DNA of 63,022 nt, filler included, from Globobulimina sp. (GCA_003354225.1; 48 parts of 48 records of this genome joined end to end with filler, not necessarily neighbours in it), one strand, 5' to 3'. Numbered from the whole stretch's first letter, positions 1 through 13,160 are shown. Numbers and translations are program-made. The notes: generated from the sequence alone by a model not told the origin.

Positions 1-1
1 T

Positions 2-241
<240 letters not shown>

Positions 242-401
242 TTAATAGAGAATGGTTGGTTGCAAAAAACTTTTTTTTTTAAGATAAATAAATCTTTTTG
301 TCATCAACAAAAACCGACAATTTAAAGTGTTGGATATCAAAATTCTAATTACAAACAGCCAGATTACAAACACAATACAAAGATTGCAAAACTATATAAT
401 A

Positions 402-625
402 TTAATAACCATATTTTTCATTTAACCATGTCTTTCCATCTCCAGTTTGATTCGCTGGAGGCACAAACGTAGAATGTGTGTCTTGTACAAAACCGGTATC
501 ATTATCATCATATAGAGGCACATCAACATCTTCCTCCTCATTCTTCCTATCAACTTTGTTCATATTCTCTGCATCTCTCATTTTAATGAATTTAATCTCG
601 CAAAGTCTGCTCCATTTGGGGCAAT
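402..625 (-). CDS. Kanadaptin (SLC4A1AP)-like C-terminus; upstream part appears frameshifted or degenerate
   Basis: Ends ...FVPPANQTGDGKTWLNEKYGY-TAA(402-404), matching the kanadaptin terminal motif WVPPxxQxGDGRTxLNxKYGY. Confidence 0.7.
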
Positions 626-998
626 TTCATACTTTTATCAATATCAGTTCATCATATTTTTACTTTTACAACTTTTGATACAATCATAACCTCGCACCTT
701 CTCATTTGAATCATAATTATTGTCGTCATCATCAAATCCAACATATCTCGCACTGAGTTGCCTATTTTATCTGAAAATTTTTGCCCTCAACTTTTCAATC
801 TTAATACATTGGGTTTGACTCAATCCAGTGTCTGATCGTTGTGTCGATGACTCGATAGCAATGGTATCGATTGCAAATTATTTTTACACTTTCTAATCAT
901 TGTTGTTATATTATATTTTGTTATAACTTATCCGTTATGCACTCAAATGTGTATTCAATATTGCTTTAGGATCATAACTATTATTCCAATATTGCAAG

Positions 999-1216
999 TG
1001 CTGACTTTGTACTTTTTTGTTTGAGTTTTTTCTTTTATTTGTTGTGATTGCATTTGCTTTTCATTGTTTGTATGGTTTGAGCTAAATCTATTTAATTAAA
1101 TTCATGGATACCATATTTTTACATATTTATAATCATTATCACATCGGGACACCAGCTACAGTGTTATTTGCAATTGCTGACTTTGTACTTTTTTGTTTGA
1201 GTTTTTTCTTTTATTT
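999..1216 (+). repeat. 42-bp exact direct repeat (999-1040 and 1175-1216)
   Basis: tgctgactttgtacttttttgtttgagttttttcttttattt occurs twice; second copy ends at the contig end. Confidence 0.9.
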
Positions 1217-1316
1217 NNNNNNNNNNNNNNNNNNNNNNNNNNNNNNNNNNNNNNNNNNNNTTAATTAATTAANNNNNNNNNNNNNNNNNNNNNNNNNNNN
1301 NNNNNNNNNNNNNNNN
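1217..1316. other. Artificial contig spacer (first of 47)
   Basis: N44-TTAATTAATTAA-N44 recurs about every 1315 nt; contigs between spacers are 1214-1216 nt. Confidence 0.99.
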
Positions 1317-2370
1317 TATTTTGAAAGGATTCAAATTCTTGCAATACTCTGACATTATGATTAAATAATAAAATACAAAAATTATCAGCTTTATCAATAT
1401 GATTTAATACCAAGTTAATTAAGCAATGTTTAGCAATATCAATCTTATTCGATAATTCATTATCAATCATATCGAGTGAATCCCTGCCCATATCATTGGT
1501 AAATGGTGCTTTCATACTGCCAGAAATATCCAAAACGATCATTAGGTTTAATTTATTTCTTTTAAATTCATCACTTTTTATGTTTGAGTTTAAACCAACG
1601 GAGATATAATAATCTTCTTTACATTTGGCATAACAGTATGAGGGATAAAATAAATTATGATCATCATCATTATTGTCAGAACCCTCTTTTTGATGATTTA
1701 TATTTTTGAAATAATAATCATAAAATAGGCCATTATATGTCAATGATGATTTGTTTGGTGCTATCTGTTTTTTTATACAATCGCGAAAATTATTAACATC
1801 CTTTGATCCACCAACACTAAAACCCATTGTTGTTGTTGGTGCTCGCCAGGGAACGGCACCAGTTATTTGACATAATATCGCAGAACATTGTCTTGCTGAC
1901 TGTAATTTGTATAAAGCTACGGACTTTATCGGTTTTTTATGGATTAAATATTTTTCATCAAATATTGGTTGTGGATATCCATCAAAAATCATTTCGTTTA
2001 AAATTTCTAATACCAACACTATATTATCATTGATTTTCGAGGAGGTTAATGTCATATCGTTTTTATTTTTGTTAGGTCCGATAAATTCTTGTATGGTATT
2101 CATTAATTCATATTCAAATGATAATATATTGAATACATTGATGTTTTTACCAGTAATAATACATATTATGATATCATTGTATTTTATGAATATGAATGAA
2201 TACATATTTATTATTTTAACACATTGATTATCATCAATATCGTTACGATTTGAGGAAAGTTGTGATTTAAATTCAAAAATAGCAGAATCTAATGGGGAAG
2301 GTTGGTGTTTGTAATGTTGTGTTATAATTGACTCACATTTTGAATTAAGAATTAACAGACTGTGGAACAT
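1317..2370 (-). CDS. Adaptin mu-like longin domain fused to a VWA-domain module (3' truncated)
   Basis: MFHSLLILNSK...FIFIKYND...DNIVLVLEILNEMIFDGYPQ...QITGAVPWR (mu N-terminus and linker), then MGFSVGGSKDVNNFR...YNGLFYDYYF...LNLMIVLDISGSM (VWA MIDAS DxSxS). Confidence 0.8.
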
Positions 2371-2632
2371 GTTTAAATTTAAGTCGTGAGATTTGCTTTG
2401 AAATGAGAGTTGTTTTGCAGCTTCATATTGAAATATTTTCTGACAATTTCTGTCAGTTACAATTATCATTTATAGAAACACTCATTTCTACAAATTTCCC
2501 ATTCATTCTACGTTGTTTGCAGACTTTTCCTTNNNNNNNNNNNNNNNNNNNNNNNNNNNNNNNNNNNNNNNNNNNNTTAATTAATTAANNNNNNNNNNNN
2601 NNNNNNNNNNNNNNNNNNNNNNNNNNNNNNNN

Positions 2633-3848
2633 GAAAGCCATATATTTTGGAATATATTTGATTGATCGGAGAGTGTGAGAGCGGATCCTGAGCAATAATA
2701 TGATTCTCATTATGCCCACCAGTCTGACATAGCGGTTCCAAACCAACTAATATTTCTCGCAATGTTTTACAAATCGCATAATTCCATTTAGTCGGTAACT
2801 TGCGCCACGAATCAAATTCTTTCTCGATGATATATTCCAACTTATTTTGTCTTTTTATATAATATTCATTTGGCAATGACTTATATTCCAACGTTGCCTC
2901 TTGTAATGATGCTGGAATATAACCGATATTCGTGTCATTAAACAACGCTTTCCACACTTGTTTGTTCTCAAACTCATAGTTAAATAATTGCGACGATGGA
3001 TGAATATCTGCGCACTGTAAGTTTGCGTAAATTTGATGTGAATTGTAAACCATTGATATATGATACAAATCACAGGCAGGAATATTCCCGCTTACTTCCG
3101 GAACATTGTATGCGATGCCATTGGACGCGTCATATAATGTAACATTTTGTATGCAAATATTGCCACAATGTTTCAGAATCGAATTTCGTCGCAGCACATA
3201 CATTGTATTGTTGCCATCCGGTATGCCTTTACCGACTGCAATAAATGTGGACCATCCACTATTTGGATTTTGCGCATCGTACCACATAAAATAGCACGCC
3301 AATAAATTTGCATGTTCCTCACAATCGCCACTGCCCAGTTTCAGGAAATCCGCATTGGTCATCCATATGTCGCGTGCGCCGGGAATTAAATGTATATCGC
3401 AAATGTACGGTATGCAGGACACGAAACGAATAAACAGCTCTGGTGTTATCTGCATTGGCGGCTCAATGCAACGCAAATAGCGACAGATTAATTGTGCTTC
3501 ATTCCGGGCATTGGATGCGAATATTTGTAATTCGGTGTGTTTCTTATTGCTGGCAATGGATTTCATCCATTCAATGCAATACAAATAAAACTCCTCGTCA
3601 CTGCTCTCGTTGTTATTCAATATCCAGTCATAATATATATTTTCATTGAATTCGTCGAAGGGACTCAAGATGGGCGGATCCAATGTGACAAACAAGGAAA
3701 GTAAACTGGCTTCGTTCACATTCTTTGTGTATCCTAATAAGATCAAAGGTACATTCAATTTGAAAAATCCTTCGATATTCTTATTCAAATAAACAGTGGA
3801 AAATGGTATTTTGATGGTGCCCAAATATCTTTTTTCCTTCCTCTGTAT
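2633..3848 (-). CDS. CC2D2A: CC2D2A/MKS6-like ciliary transition-zone protein, C-terminal region (partial)
   Basis: LGTIKIPFSTVY...VPLILLGY...LSLFVTLDP...FVSCIPY...FLKLGSGDCEEHANLLACYF...GIPDG: end of C2 domain plus transglutaminase-like domain of the CC2D2A/CEP76 family. Confidence 0.85.
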
Positions 3849-3948
3849 NNNNNNNNNNNNNNNNNNNNNNNNNNNNNNNNNNNNNNNNNNNNTTAATTAA
3901 TTAANNNNNNNNNNNNNNNNNNNNNNNNNNNNNNNNNNNNNNNNNNNN

Positions 3949-4776
3949 GCTATAAAGAGTTATAAATATGATGAAAATGCATGGTTATATTTATTGAGAA
4001 GTTCAAAAGGTGATAAACCAAAAGTATTTAAAATAAAAAACAAGCAAAAAGCTATCTATACTCATGCGAATAATGGCCCAATCTATGGAAATGGTCATGA
4101 TATAGTTATTTGTAACAATGCCAATACCACCAACAGCAATACGGTAAAGTTTGGTGTTGGATATGAAGCGGCAACTGATGGTAATCAAATTGCGGGAGCC
4201 ACTTCTTTCCAAGTGATTGATTATGAAGTATGGCAATTAATTATTCCACGATTTAATAGGATGGAATCAAGTGTTTTGAAAGCACAAGAATTAGCAAAAT
4301 TAGCTGAATGGTTGAAACAATCTGGAAAAAGTCAATATAGATTGTTATTGAGAGGAAGCACAGATGGATTTACTGCTAATGTTTTTCATACAAAATGTGA
4401 TAATCAAGGCGCAACATTGGCAATTATTCAATCAGCATCAAATCATGTGTTTGGTGGATATACGGAAAAATCATGGGTGCATACTGCTGCGTATCAACAA
4501 GATGATAAGGCATGGATATATTTATTAAGAAGTTCAAAAGGTGATCAGCCACAAAAATGGACTCCTTCAAAACAAAAAGGAAATGCCATTTATAAAAACA
4601 ATGATCGTTGTTGTATGTTTGGTTCTCATGATATTTATATTGCAAATGGATGTAATACAAATACCAGTTCAAGCTCAAATCTCGGAACTTCATATTCTGC
4701 CGACAAAGATCAAACTAAATTAGCAGGATCTAAGAATTTCAAAGTCACTGAATATGAAATATGGAATGTATTCTGA
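3949..4776 (+). CDS. Tandem TLDc-domain protein (5' truncated)
   Basis: LLLRGSTDGFTANVFHTKCDNQGATL...VFGGYT...FG..DI.I...LAGSKNFKVTEYEIW, preceded by the end of another TLDc copy (GPIYGNGHDI...FQVIDYEVW). Confidence 0.92.
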   Translation, partial: AIKSYKYDENAWLYLLRSSKGDKPKVFKIKNKQKAIYTHANNGPIYGNGHDIVICNNANTTNSNTVKFGVGYEAATDGNQIAGATSFQVIDYEVWQLIIPRFNRMESSVLKAQELAKLAEWLKQSGKSQYRLLLRGSTDGFTANVFHTKCDNQGATLAIIQSASNHVFGGYTEKSWVHTAAYQQDDKAWIYLLRSSKGDQPQKWTPSKQKGNAIYKNNDRCCMFGSHDIYIANGCNTNTSSSSNLGTSYSADKDQTKLAGSKNFKVTEYEIWNVF

Positions 4777-5264
4777 TTTTTATTCTTGTAAATAATTGTC
4801 AGTTCAATTGATTTATTTCATTTGTATTGACGTTGTAACAGTTTGTTTAAAAATCAGTGTTACTGCTGCTTCGTCAGCAAATTAAAAAATGGTGAGTTAT
4901 CTATGGAACTCATTTGACGCGCAAGAATTCAAACAATTATCATTTATTTTGTTTAATTTTCTTTAATTGTTGCACAACTTTCTTGATTCTTTTTTTCCGC
5001 CAATTGTAATATGTCACAATATCATTATTCTCAGAATTCTCATTTTTGTGAGTTCTTTGCATCAATGGTTTCATCATAGCGTCATAATTCAACGCAGCAA
5101 AAAACGCAAAAACCTGTCTTGATTTATTATTTTCTGGGATCAACAGCAGCCAGGGTTGTACGTCNNNNNNNNNNNNNNNNNNNNNNNNNNNNNNNNNNNN
5201 NNNNNNNNTTAATTAATTAANNNNNNNNNNNNNNNNNNNNNNNNNNNNNNNNNNNNNNNNNNNN

Positions 5265-6480
5265 GCGCAGTTTAAATAATAAATCTGAAATAGTTCGTAC
5301 TGAGCCCTCAATTAAATCTCCATTGGAGCTCAAAATCCAACAGGAGGAAATTAAAACGAAACATAAAAAAATAGATCCCATCATAAATATTAAAAAATTA
5401 ATTAAATCCTATGACAAAAATGTCATAAATAACAATGCTAAACTTTATAGCGAAAAAAATTTGGAAAAAATTACCAAATTTTTAAGATATTTATCAAAGA
5501 AAACGACGGCCGAAACAAGACCGAAATCCAATAGGCGCAGTTTATATTTAAAAGGCGCACCTTTTGGAGCTCGTGTTAGGATTTGCCTTTTATCAAAGAA
5601 AACGACGACCAAAATGAGGACAAAATTTAAAGGGCGCAGTTTGTATGTAAACGGCGCACACTTGGGAACTCAGAATAGAAGCTTCCCTAGTAAAAATTTT
5701 GACATGGGCAATTATATTAAAAATAGTGGTTTAAACCTTTTAAATCAAAAAAATTTGGAAAAAATTGCCAAATTTTTAAGATTTTTATCAAAGAAAAATA
5801 TGACCAAAACGACGACCAAACTAGATGAGCGTCGATTGTATGAAAATGATACACATTGGGGAGTTCAGAATAGAAGCTTCCTCCTTAGTAAGAAAAGGAG
5901 AAAAGGCCAAAGTAAATTTACGAAAAGGCCTAACATTACTAAATTGATAACAACTACAAGTACTATTACTAATGTCCCAAGGGAACCTAAAAAGGGAACC
6001 CAAGGGAATATATTAAGTTACACCCCTCAAAATATTGACAAACCCGAAGCAGACCCATATGAGGTTGGCAGTCAAGGGTATAGGGTAGGGGATAGTAATT
6101 TGGATAATTTGGAAAAACGAATAATTGATTTAAAGGATAATGTGGTAGGAGTAGACAATATTAATAAGAGTAATATACTCACTCCACAACATATTAGCAA
6201 TGATTTATCAAGATTGATCCCCCAAAATACTGACAATCCCAAAGCAGACCCATATGGGGTTAGCAATCAAGGGTATAGGGTAGGGGATAGTAATTTGGAT
6301 AATTTAGAAAAACGAATAATTGATTTAGCGGAAAAACTAAAAGATGAAATATTAACTAATAGGTCCGAATTGGAATCTGAATTACATAAATGTGGGCGTG
6401 AATTATATCATGGTATATCATGTATATGTACACCCTTCGACACTGACTTATCAATTATGTCATGCTTCGATTATCATTTA
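5265..6480 (+). CDS. Lys-rich hypothetical protein with internal repeats (partial)
   Basis: Long open frame; duplicated KNLEKI.KFLR.LSKK and PQN.D.P.ADPY.V..QGYRVGDSNLDNLEKRIIDL. Confidence 0.5.
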
Positions 6481-6580
6481 NNNNNNNNNNNNNNNNNNNN
6501 NNNNNNNNNNNNNNNNNNNNNNNNTTAATTAATTAANNNNNNNNNNNNNNNNNNNNNNNNNNNNNNNNNNNNNNNNNNNN

Positions 6581-7004
6581 TTTTTTTTTTTTTTTTTTTT
6601 TTTTTTTGAAGTTTGCTTTGTTCCCATGTTTGTACGCTACCCTTCGTTTTCCAATCCTTCATCACATGATCCATATTTAATAAACATAATTCTGCAACAC
6701 TTTGTTCAATGTAATGTTTTAACCCTTGACGCATATACATATTCAAAAAAATGCCATATCTATTAAATTGATGATAACCAAATGAATTTATCTGTTCTGT
6801 TACTTCTTCTATACACTCTTCATAATATTCGGCTGGTTGTATGTCGTTCTGTTGTTTATATTTATCATAATTCTCTTCAAACTCTCTGTATTTTTTCCCA
6901 ATTTCTATCCAACGTTTGTATATTTCTGTTGTTTCTTTTTTATGTATGTCATGTGCATCTGTAATAATACTGACAGCATTGGAAAGCAAAGCATTGGATT
7001 CCAT
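6581..7004 (-). CDS. Hypothetical protein running into a poly-A tract
   Basis: Open frame of about 140 codons ending in an A-run (T at 6581-6607 on plus); no motif recognised. Confidence 0.45.
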
Positions 7005-7042
7005 GCAAATACCACTTCACTAAAACAGAAAATCACAAAACC

Positions 7043-7796
7043 ATGGGTGCCATTGAAGGTGGTGAATTAACTGATTCGAGCACCAACTCACACAATAACG
7101 ATGAACAAAAATTGGACACGGATTCCGTCGAGCAAAAAAATGCAGAAATATTATCCTTTATAGCATATTATAGAAAGGATCCAAATGTACCACACTTACC
7201 TGTGGTTTTTATAAGAAATAAAAACAAAATTAAAGCATTCTCAGATTCATCATTTTTCAGCAAAATATATTTATCATCAAAACAAGAATTAATAAATCAA
7301 CAAGTAAGCAAACCATTTGTCATTGGAGCCCAAAAATATGAAACAGACGCCGATATATGCTCATTGGAAACAAAAATAAATGAAAATGAATACAATTATG
7401 ATGCAAAGGAAGAACAAAAACAAATATTTTATGAATTAGACAAACAGATTCCTATTGTCGGTGTGCGACTATTCCATGGACGAATTTTATCATTTAAAAC
7501 AAAAAAACAACAAAGTCTCGTTACAGCAAAATTCATAATGAATTCACAGGACAGATTAAAAATATATTTGAATGACACATATTGTTTTATTGAAAACAAA
7601 ATCTTTTCCAGGCATTTTATATGGAAAACTGATTTACAATTGTTGGTTACACAGTTTATGAGCCATGTGATTAGCAATAAAATATCGTCATTATTTATAT
7701 GTTTTAGATATCACCAAACATATTTTATTCAAACATTTCCTGTTTACGGTGAATCAATTGATGCTTTAAAAAATACAAATATATTTTTGACAGTAT
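7043..7796 (+). CDS. Hypothetical protein (3' truncated)
   Basis: About 250-codon open frame with A-rich leader and MG start. Confidence 0.55.
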
Positions 7797-7896
7797 NNNN
7801 NNNNNNNNNNNNNNNNNNNNNNNNNNNNNNNNNNNNNNNNTTAATTAATTAANNNNNNNNNNNNNNNNNNNNNNNNNNNNNNNNNNNNNNNNNNNN

Positions 7897-9112
7897 TCAT
7901 CTGGCCACCACGCATCGTTATAATTAATATTGTCATTCCCTTTTAATTCTGTTGGCGCATTGAAATCAAAAATGATATCTTCCATTAATACATATTTGCC
8001 GGCCTCGGTTATGCGATATGTGCCATGCTCGAAATCAGATTGATATAAATAAGTTGGCTCAGTCTCTGCCTCTGCATCAACATCAATAACATCAATAATA
8101 TCACTTTCATCATCTTCTGCTTCAATGACAGCCATAACACTCATCTCAATTCCATCCAAATTTGCAGGCTTGACACACATACAAAAATTACCATTGGTTC
8201 CTAATGATGGTTTTCTTTTTGGTAATATCTCGTCCGTTGTGCAGGTGATATGATTCGACCGTTTACATTCTGAGAATGCATTTGGTAATGTCTGTGCAGC
8301 CAACGCGTCCCGAATGGTAAAACCACAAAATCCATATCTCCAATCATCACTTTCCGCCACTTCGTCAAATACAGTCGTTTCATCAATATTATTTAGACCA
8401 TTATATACTGTCTCAGACACCCAATATCCACTGTGTTCCTTCCCATCCGTACTACAGATATTACACTCATACGAATTATAGTCCATATCGCAGGCAATCC
8501 GGCCAATTGGTAGTTGCGTGCAGCCATTGGCCACAGGGGTCATATAATAAGCAGACGACAATGGATACAAAGCATTTAATATATGGTCTTCGTCACAAAC
8601 ACTGCAATCTGGAGACACAACAAATGACTCAATGTCAATGTTCTCCAAACCAACAATCCACTCATTCCAATTGACGTGATCGTCCCTCTCCGGCCCCAAC
8701 AAATAATTATGATACATACGTGTTGAGGATAGATATTGTAACCACGTGTCATCTCTGTCAATATCCACAATAAAATAAGAGTTGGATAAAATGCTGGTTA
8801 CCGGTTCTAAACCATTGCCAAAATCAACTGTATACTCTGTCGCTGGCTCTGTTTCTGTTTCTGTTTCTGTGTCTAAATACTCGTTATTTGAGCCATAAAT
8901 GACTTGCAAATCCGCATATAATTGTTCTTCAAACACCACCTCTTTATAATTCATAAATGGCCCCCAAAAGCCGCCTTCGTCCGGCAGCCAATCGTACTCA
9001 CTCTCACTCGTTAAGTCATAATTACTGGCAAACCAACTCGGTAACACATCAGCAACATTTTGTAATTCCTTTTCTAATTTGCTGAAAATATATGGATATG
9101 CCCCACTTAAAT
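7897..9112 (-). CDS. Acidic, Cys-containing probable extracellular protein; C-terminus resembles the start of a beta-helix domain (partial)
   Basis: Open across the whole contig; ends YLYQSDFEHGTYRITEAGKYVLMEDIIFDFNAP. Confidence 0.6.
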
Positions 9113-9427
9113 NNNNNNNNNNNNNNNNNNNNNNNNNNNNNNNNNNNNNNNNNNNNTTAATTAATTAANNNNNNNNNNNNNNNNNNNNNNNNNNNNNNNN
9201 NNNNNNNNNNNNCATTTTGAAATTTGTGAGACACTGTCTTGTTGTATTTTCTTTTCATAGTTTTCTGCAATAGTGCTGATTGTACTTCCCATACGTGATT
9301 TCCATTATAGTTTTCTGCAAGAAAGAAAGCCATCATTATTGTGGAACTGTTATTTTCATTTATGTAAAAGATTTTGAGTTGAAGTTTTTGTGAAGATAAA
9401 ATTACTTCTTGGATTTGTTTGTTGGCC

Positions 9428-10260
9428 ATGGATAACTTCTTGGAGGTACGTAATGCGCAATTTCTATTCCATCCTTGTGTATAATGCGATTTATTTTAAC
9501 AAAAGTGTCCTATTTGTTGTGATATTGCCACCAAAGCAGTTGAGAGTAAATGTTGTAATAAAATATTCTGCGAACAATGCATCAGTGAATTAAAAGAGAG
9601 GTATATTATTTTGTTTTTCTTGTTTCTGCAGATTATCCTATCATTTTATATAAATATAAATACAAACATAACAGCTATGGAAGCAATGTCGAATGTCCTT
9701 TATGCCGCCATAATAGCATTCAAACCAAAGAATCAGTATTAGCGCGAAGGATGATAATGGAGCTTGCAGTCGATTGTCCAAATAAATGTGATTCAAAAAT
9801 ATTTAAAACTGCATTGCAGTCTCATTTAAAAGTCTGCCCAAATTCTGCTGTAAAACAACCACATTACAATAAGATAAATGATAAGAAAAATAATATCCAA
9901 AAACGAATGCGTAGATATCAAATGAAGGAATTTATAAAATCAAATGACGACAACAAACATGGATCGGACTTTGAACAGAAACCAATAAACACGGAGCTGA
10001 AGAGAACAAAACTAAAAAATGCAAAGAAAAAGAAAAACAAATATGCAAAGAAAAAGAAAATAAGGAAAAAACGAAAACATTCATTATCAGACACATCCTC
10101 ATCTTCCTCTTCATCATCCACATCGTCGAGTGCTTCCTCTTCAAATTCATCATCGTGTGAATCAAGTTCAAGTTCAACGGAAAGTTCTTCCTCAAGCTCG
10201 TCATCCGAATCAGCGCTTTTCAGCGCCAGAATATGCAACAAGAAAAAATTACAAATGTAA
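9428..10260 (+). CDS. RING finger plus TRAF-type zinc finger protein with Lys- and Ser-rich tail (3 exons)
   Basis: Exons 9428-9445, 9506-9600, 9675-10260 joined via GT-AG introns give MDNFLE-CPICCDIATKAVESKCCNKIFCEQC...CPLCR...CPNKC...HLKVCP. Confidence 0.85.
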
Positions 10261-10528
10261 AAAAAACTTGAAAAAGCGTTCTACTTTTTTTGTCGCCAAA
10301 TTAGCACAATATTTATATTTTTAGTGTTAGGAGTTTAATACCAAAAACAAGTGACCTACAGTAGACTGAGTGGACTCAGTGGAGTAAAACTTTTCGGAAT
10401 ATACGAAATAAACAGATGCTAACCAAGGNNNNNNNNNNNNNNNNNNNNNNNNNNNNNNNNNNNNNNNNNNNNTTAATTAATTAANNNNNNNNNNNNNNNN
10501 NNNNNNNNNNNNNNNNNNNNNNNNNNNN

Positions 10529-11537
10529 CGTCATTATACCAACAAGATTTCAACCAAAATTGCATACTAACAATGAACATAATGAATTGGAAAATTGTTT
10601 ATTATTTGTTTTACATTTTAGTGCTCCTCCATATATATTTTTTAATTATTGTTTTATTGTCAAAGAAAAAGATATTTCCGATAACGATAAGTTAAAAATG
10701 AGAATGAATGATTTACAAAAAGAGAATCAATCATTAAAAAATACCATAAAGGAATTAATAAATACTGTGAATACTCAGCAACAGCAAATCGACCGATCAG
10801 TACAATCAAATAATACTAATTCTCAAAGATTACAACAATTAAGAACAGATTTGAAGAACCAAGCAAATACTCAAACAAATGCAGTACAAACACAACAACA
10901 GAAAATCGACCAATTGGTACAGTCAAATAATACGAATTCAAATAATTATAATGCAGTAAATCAAAGATTGCAACAATTAAGAACAGATTTGGGGAATCAG
11001 GCAAATACTCAAACAAATGCAGTACAAACACAACAACAACAAATAACTCAATTATCACAACAATTGCAACAATTCTTCGACGAAAGGAAAGTCTCTGAGC
11101 CTGATGTTAGATTTGATCGATTTGATTCACGCTATATTGGTATAGAAGCAAATGGGAAAAAAATTAAAACAATTGGTCATGAATGCACATATGTTTGTAC
11201 ATATTCATCAACAGGATTTAATTCAGGAATTAGAAAATGGAAAATAAAAATTACTGCAAGAACTCATGGAAGTACTGAATATGTGGGTGTTGTAACAACA
11301 ATATATAATGGACAACAATGTTATAGCAAACAAATCTGTACAGATGGTGGTATTTCCAGTGGTACTGGATTGGCAAATGGTGATATAGTCGCAATAGAAT
11401 TGAATTTTACAACGCTAAAAATCACAATGTTGAAGAATGGGAATGCATTGAAAACAGCAAATATTGTTGGTGGACAAACATATTATCCTACAATTCAAAT
11501 TTGTGCTTGTCAAAACCAAATTGTTGAGGTTGTATAA
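10529..11537 (+). CDS. Coiled-coil repeat protein with C-terminal SPRY/B30.2-like domain (5' truncated)
   Basis: Duplicated QRLQQLRTDL.NQANTQTNAVQTQQQ; C-terminus GFNSGIRKWKIKI...VGV...GDIVAIELNF...TYYPTIQI. Confidence 0.8.
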
Positions 11538-11844
11538 TGTAATATTTAACGATGACTTTTAATAAAACACAATTCACTTTTTAGCTGATAACCGTGATTT
11601 TAAGATTTTCACGAAGTAAGCTAGTCATCGTTTAAGTTACATCTTCTTAACTCAAAAACTCTGACAAAAAAAGGGAAGAATGTCAGGTTTAATAGTTGTT
11701 ATTGAATATCTAATACGTGCTATAATAAGAAAGATCAATCCACCNNNNNNNNNNNNNNNNNNNNNNNNNNNNNNNNNNNNNNNNNNNNTTAATTAATTAA
11801 NNNNNNNNNNNNNNNNNNNNNNNNNNNNNNNNNNNNNNNNNNNN

Positions 11845-12653
11845 TATATCATGAGATCTTTAACAATGCGAGTATCAAACAAAAAATTATGATGTTAGCA
11901 AGACGGTCAAATAAAAGCATGGCTTTTTTAAATAATATTATTGGAATTGATTGGTTGAATGAAATGAATATAAACAATAACGATTTAAATTTATTGATTA
12001 GAATATTATACGGACTGCCATTAATTGAAAAAAATAAGAAAATCATTTGTAACCAATGTCACAAACACGTACATCATGAAAATGTAATTGAACATATGAA
12101 TAAATGCAGATTTGGACCCAAAGCACATCATTTTAGACATGACAAGATTGCATATTATCTGTATCAATTATTTGACGGCGAATTTGGTAATGTTGAGTAT
12201 GAGACGAAATCGAGAAAAAGCGGGAAAGTAAAAGAAAAGCCCGATATTTGGGTACGTAACACCGTGGAATATGAGAAGGATAGACACAGCAAATTGATGC
12301 TGGACGTCATTATAAGCGATATATTCAGTGACGAGAATAAGAGAAATACAGAGAACGGCAATATTACACATTTTATGGCCGGAAAAATAGGAGAAAAAAA
12401 GAAGTTGGCTATATACGAAAATCGATTCGAATCGGATTTATTAAATGGATTTAAATTTATACCATTGGCATTTGATAGTTTTGGTGGAATGAGCAAAAAA
12501 GTAAAGCAAACTTGTAACGCAGCATTAAATTACAAAGCAAATAGATTAAGCCACGATATTATGATTGAAAAGAATAATTTTTATGCGAAATTTTCAATTT
12601 TTATTAAGAAAAATATGATTAAATCATTGAAGAATCATTTTATAATACAATAA
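11845..12653 (+). mobile_element. Non-LTR retrotransposon 3' end with zinc knuckle and restriction-like endonuclease (CRE/R2-group type)
   Basis: CNQC..x..HMNKC, RHDKI, KPDI...LDV, K..K...Y, FIPLAFDSFGG. Confidence 0.85.
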
Positions 12654-13160
12654 ATTATATTAATAAGTGCATTCTATAAATTGGTACATTTTATTTGTAA
12701 TATCAATTTAAAATACATATTATTTCTTTTCTTTTTAATTGTTTAAAGAATAAAATCACTTATTTTATGTTGTATGTTATGTGTTGTTGTGTATATAACG
12801 AAACCTTTGTGTTTTTGTTTCGCGATATACATAAATGTTTGACAAATTTTGGTAAAATGTCGTGTGGCATATTTAAATTTAAAATTGAGCGCAAGAAGTT
12901 GCTCGTTGAATGAAAAAAAAAAATGTTTTCATGTTATGGCAGTTTTTGATATTTTTAGACGTGCTTAAATATGAAATGTTTGTATGGCCATCGAATGAGA
13001 TTTTATTATTGCTGACTGTAAATGGATTAGTATCTGTAGGGAGTGATTATTTTTGGGCTCNNNNNNNNNNNNNNNNNNNNNNNNNNNNNNNNNNNNNNNN
13101 NNNNTTAATTAATTAANNNNNNNNNNNNNNNNNNNNNNNNNNNNNNNNNNNNNNNNNNNN

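Noticed and set aside
9918-10241. Antisense ORFs opposite real genes (also 57-245, 13403-13801, 19081-19596, 21113-21433)
   Set aside because: They are shadow frames of the coding strand with no independent motifs.
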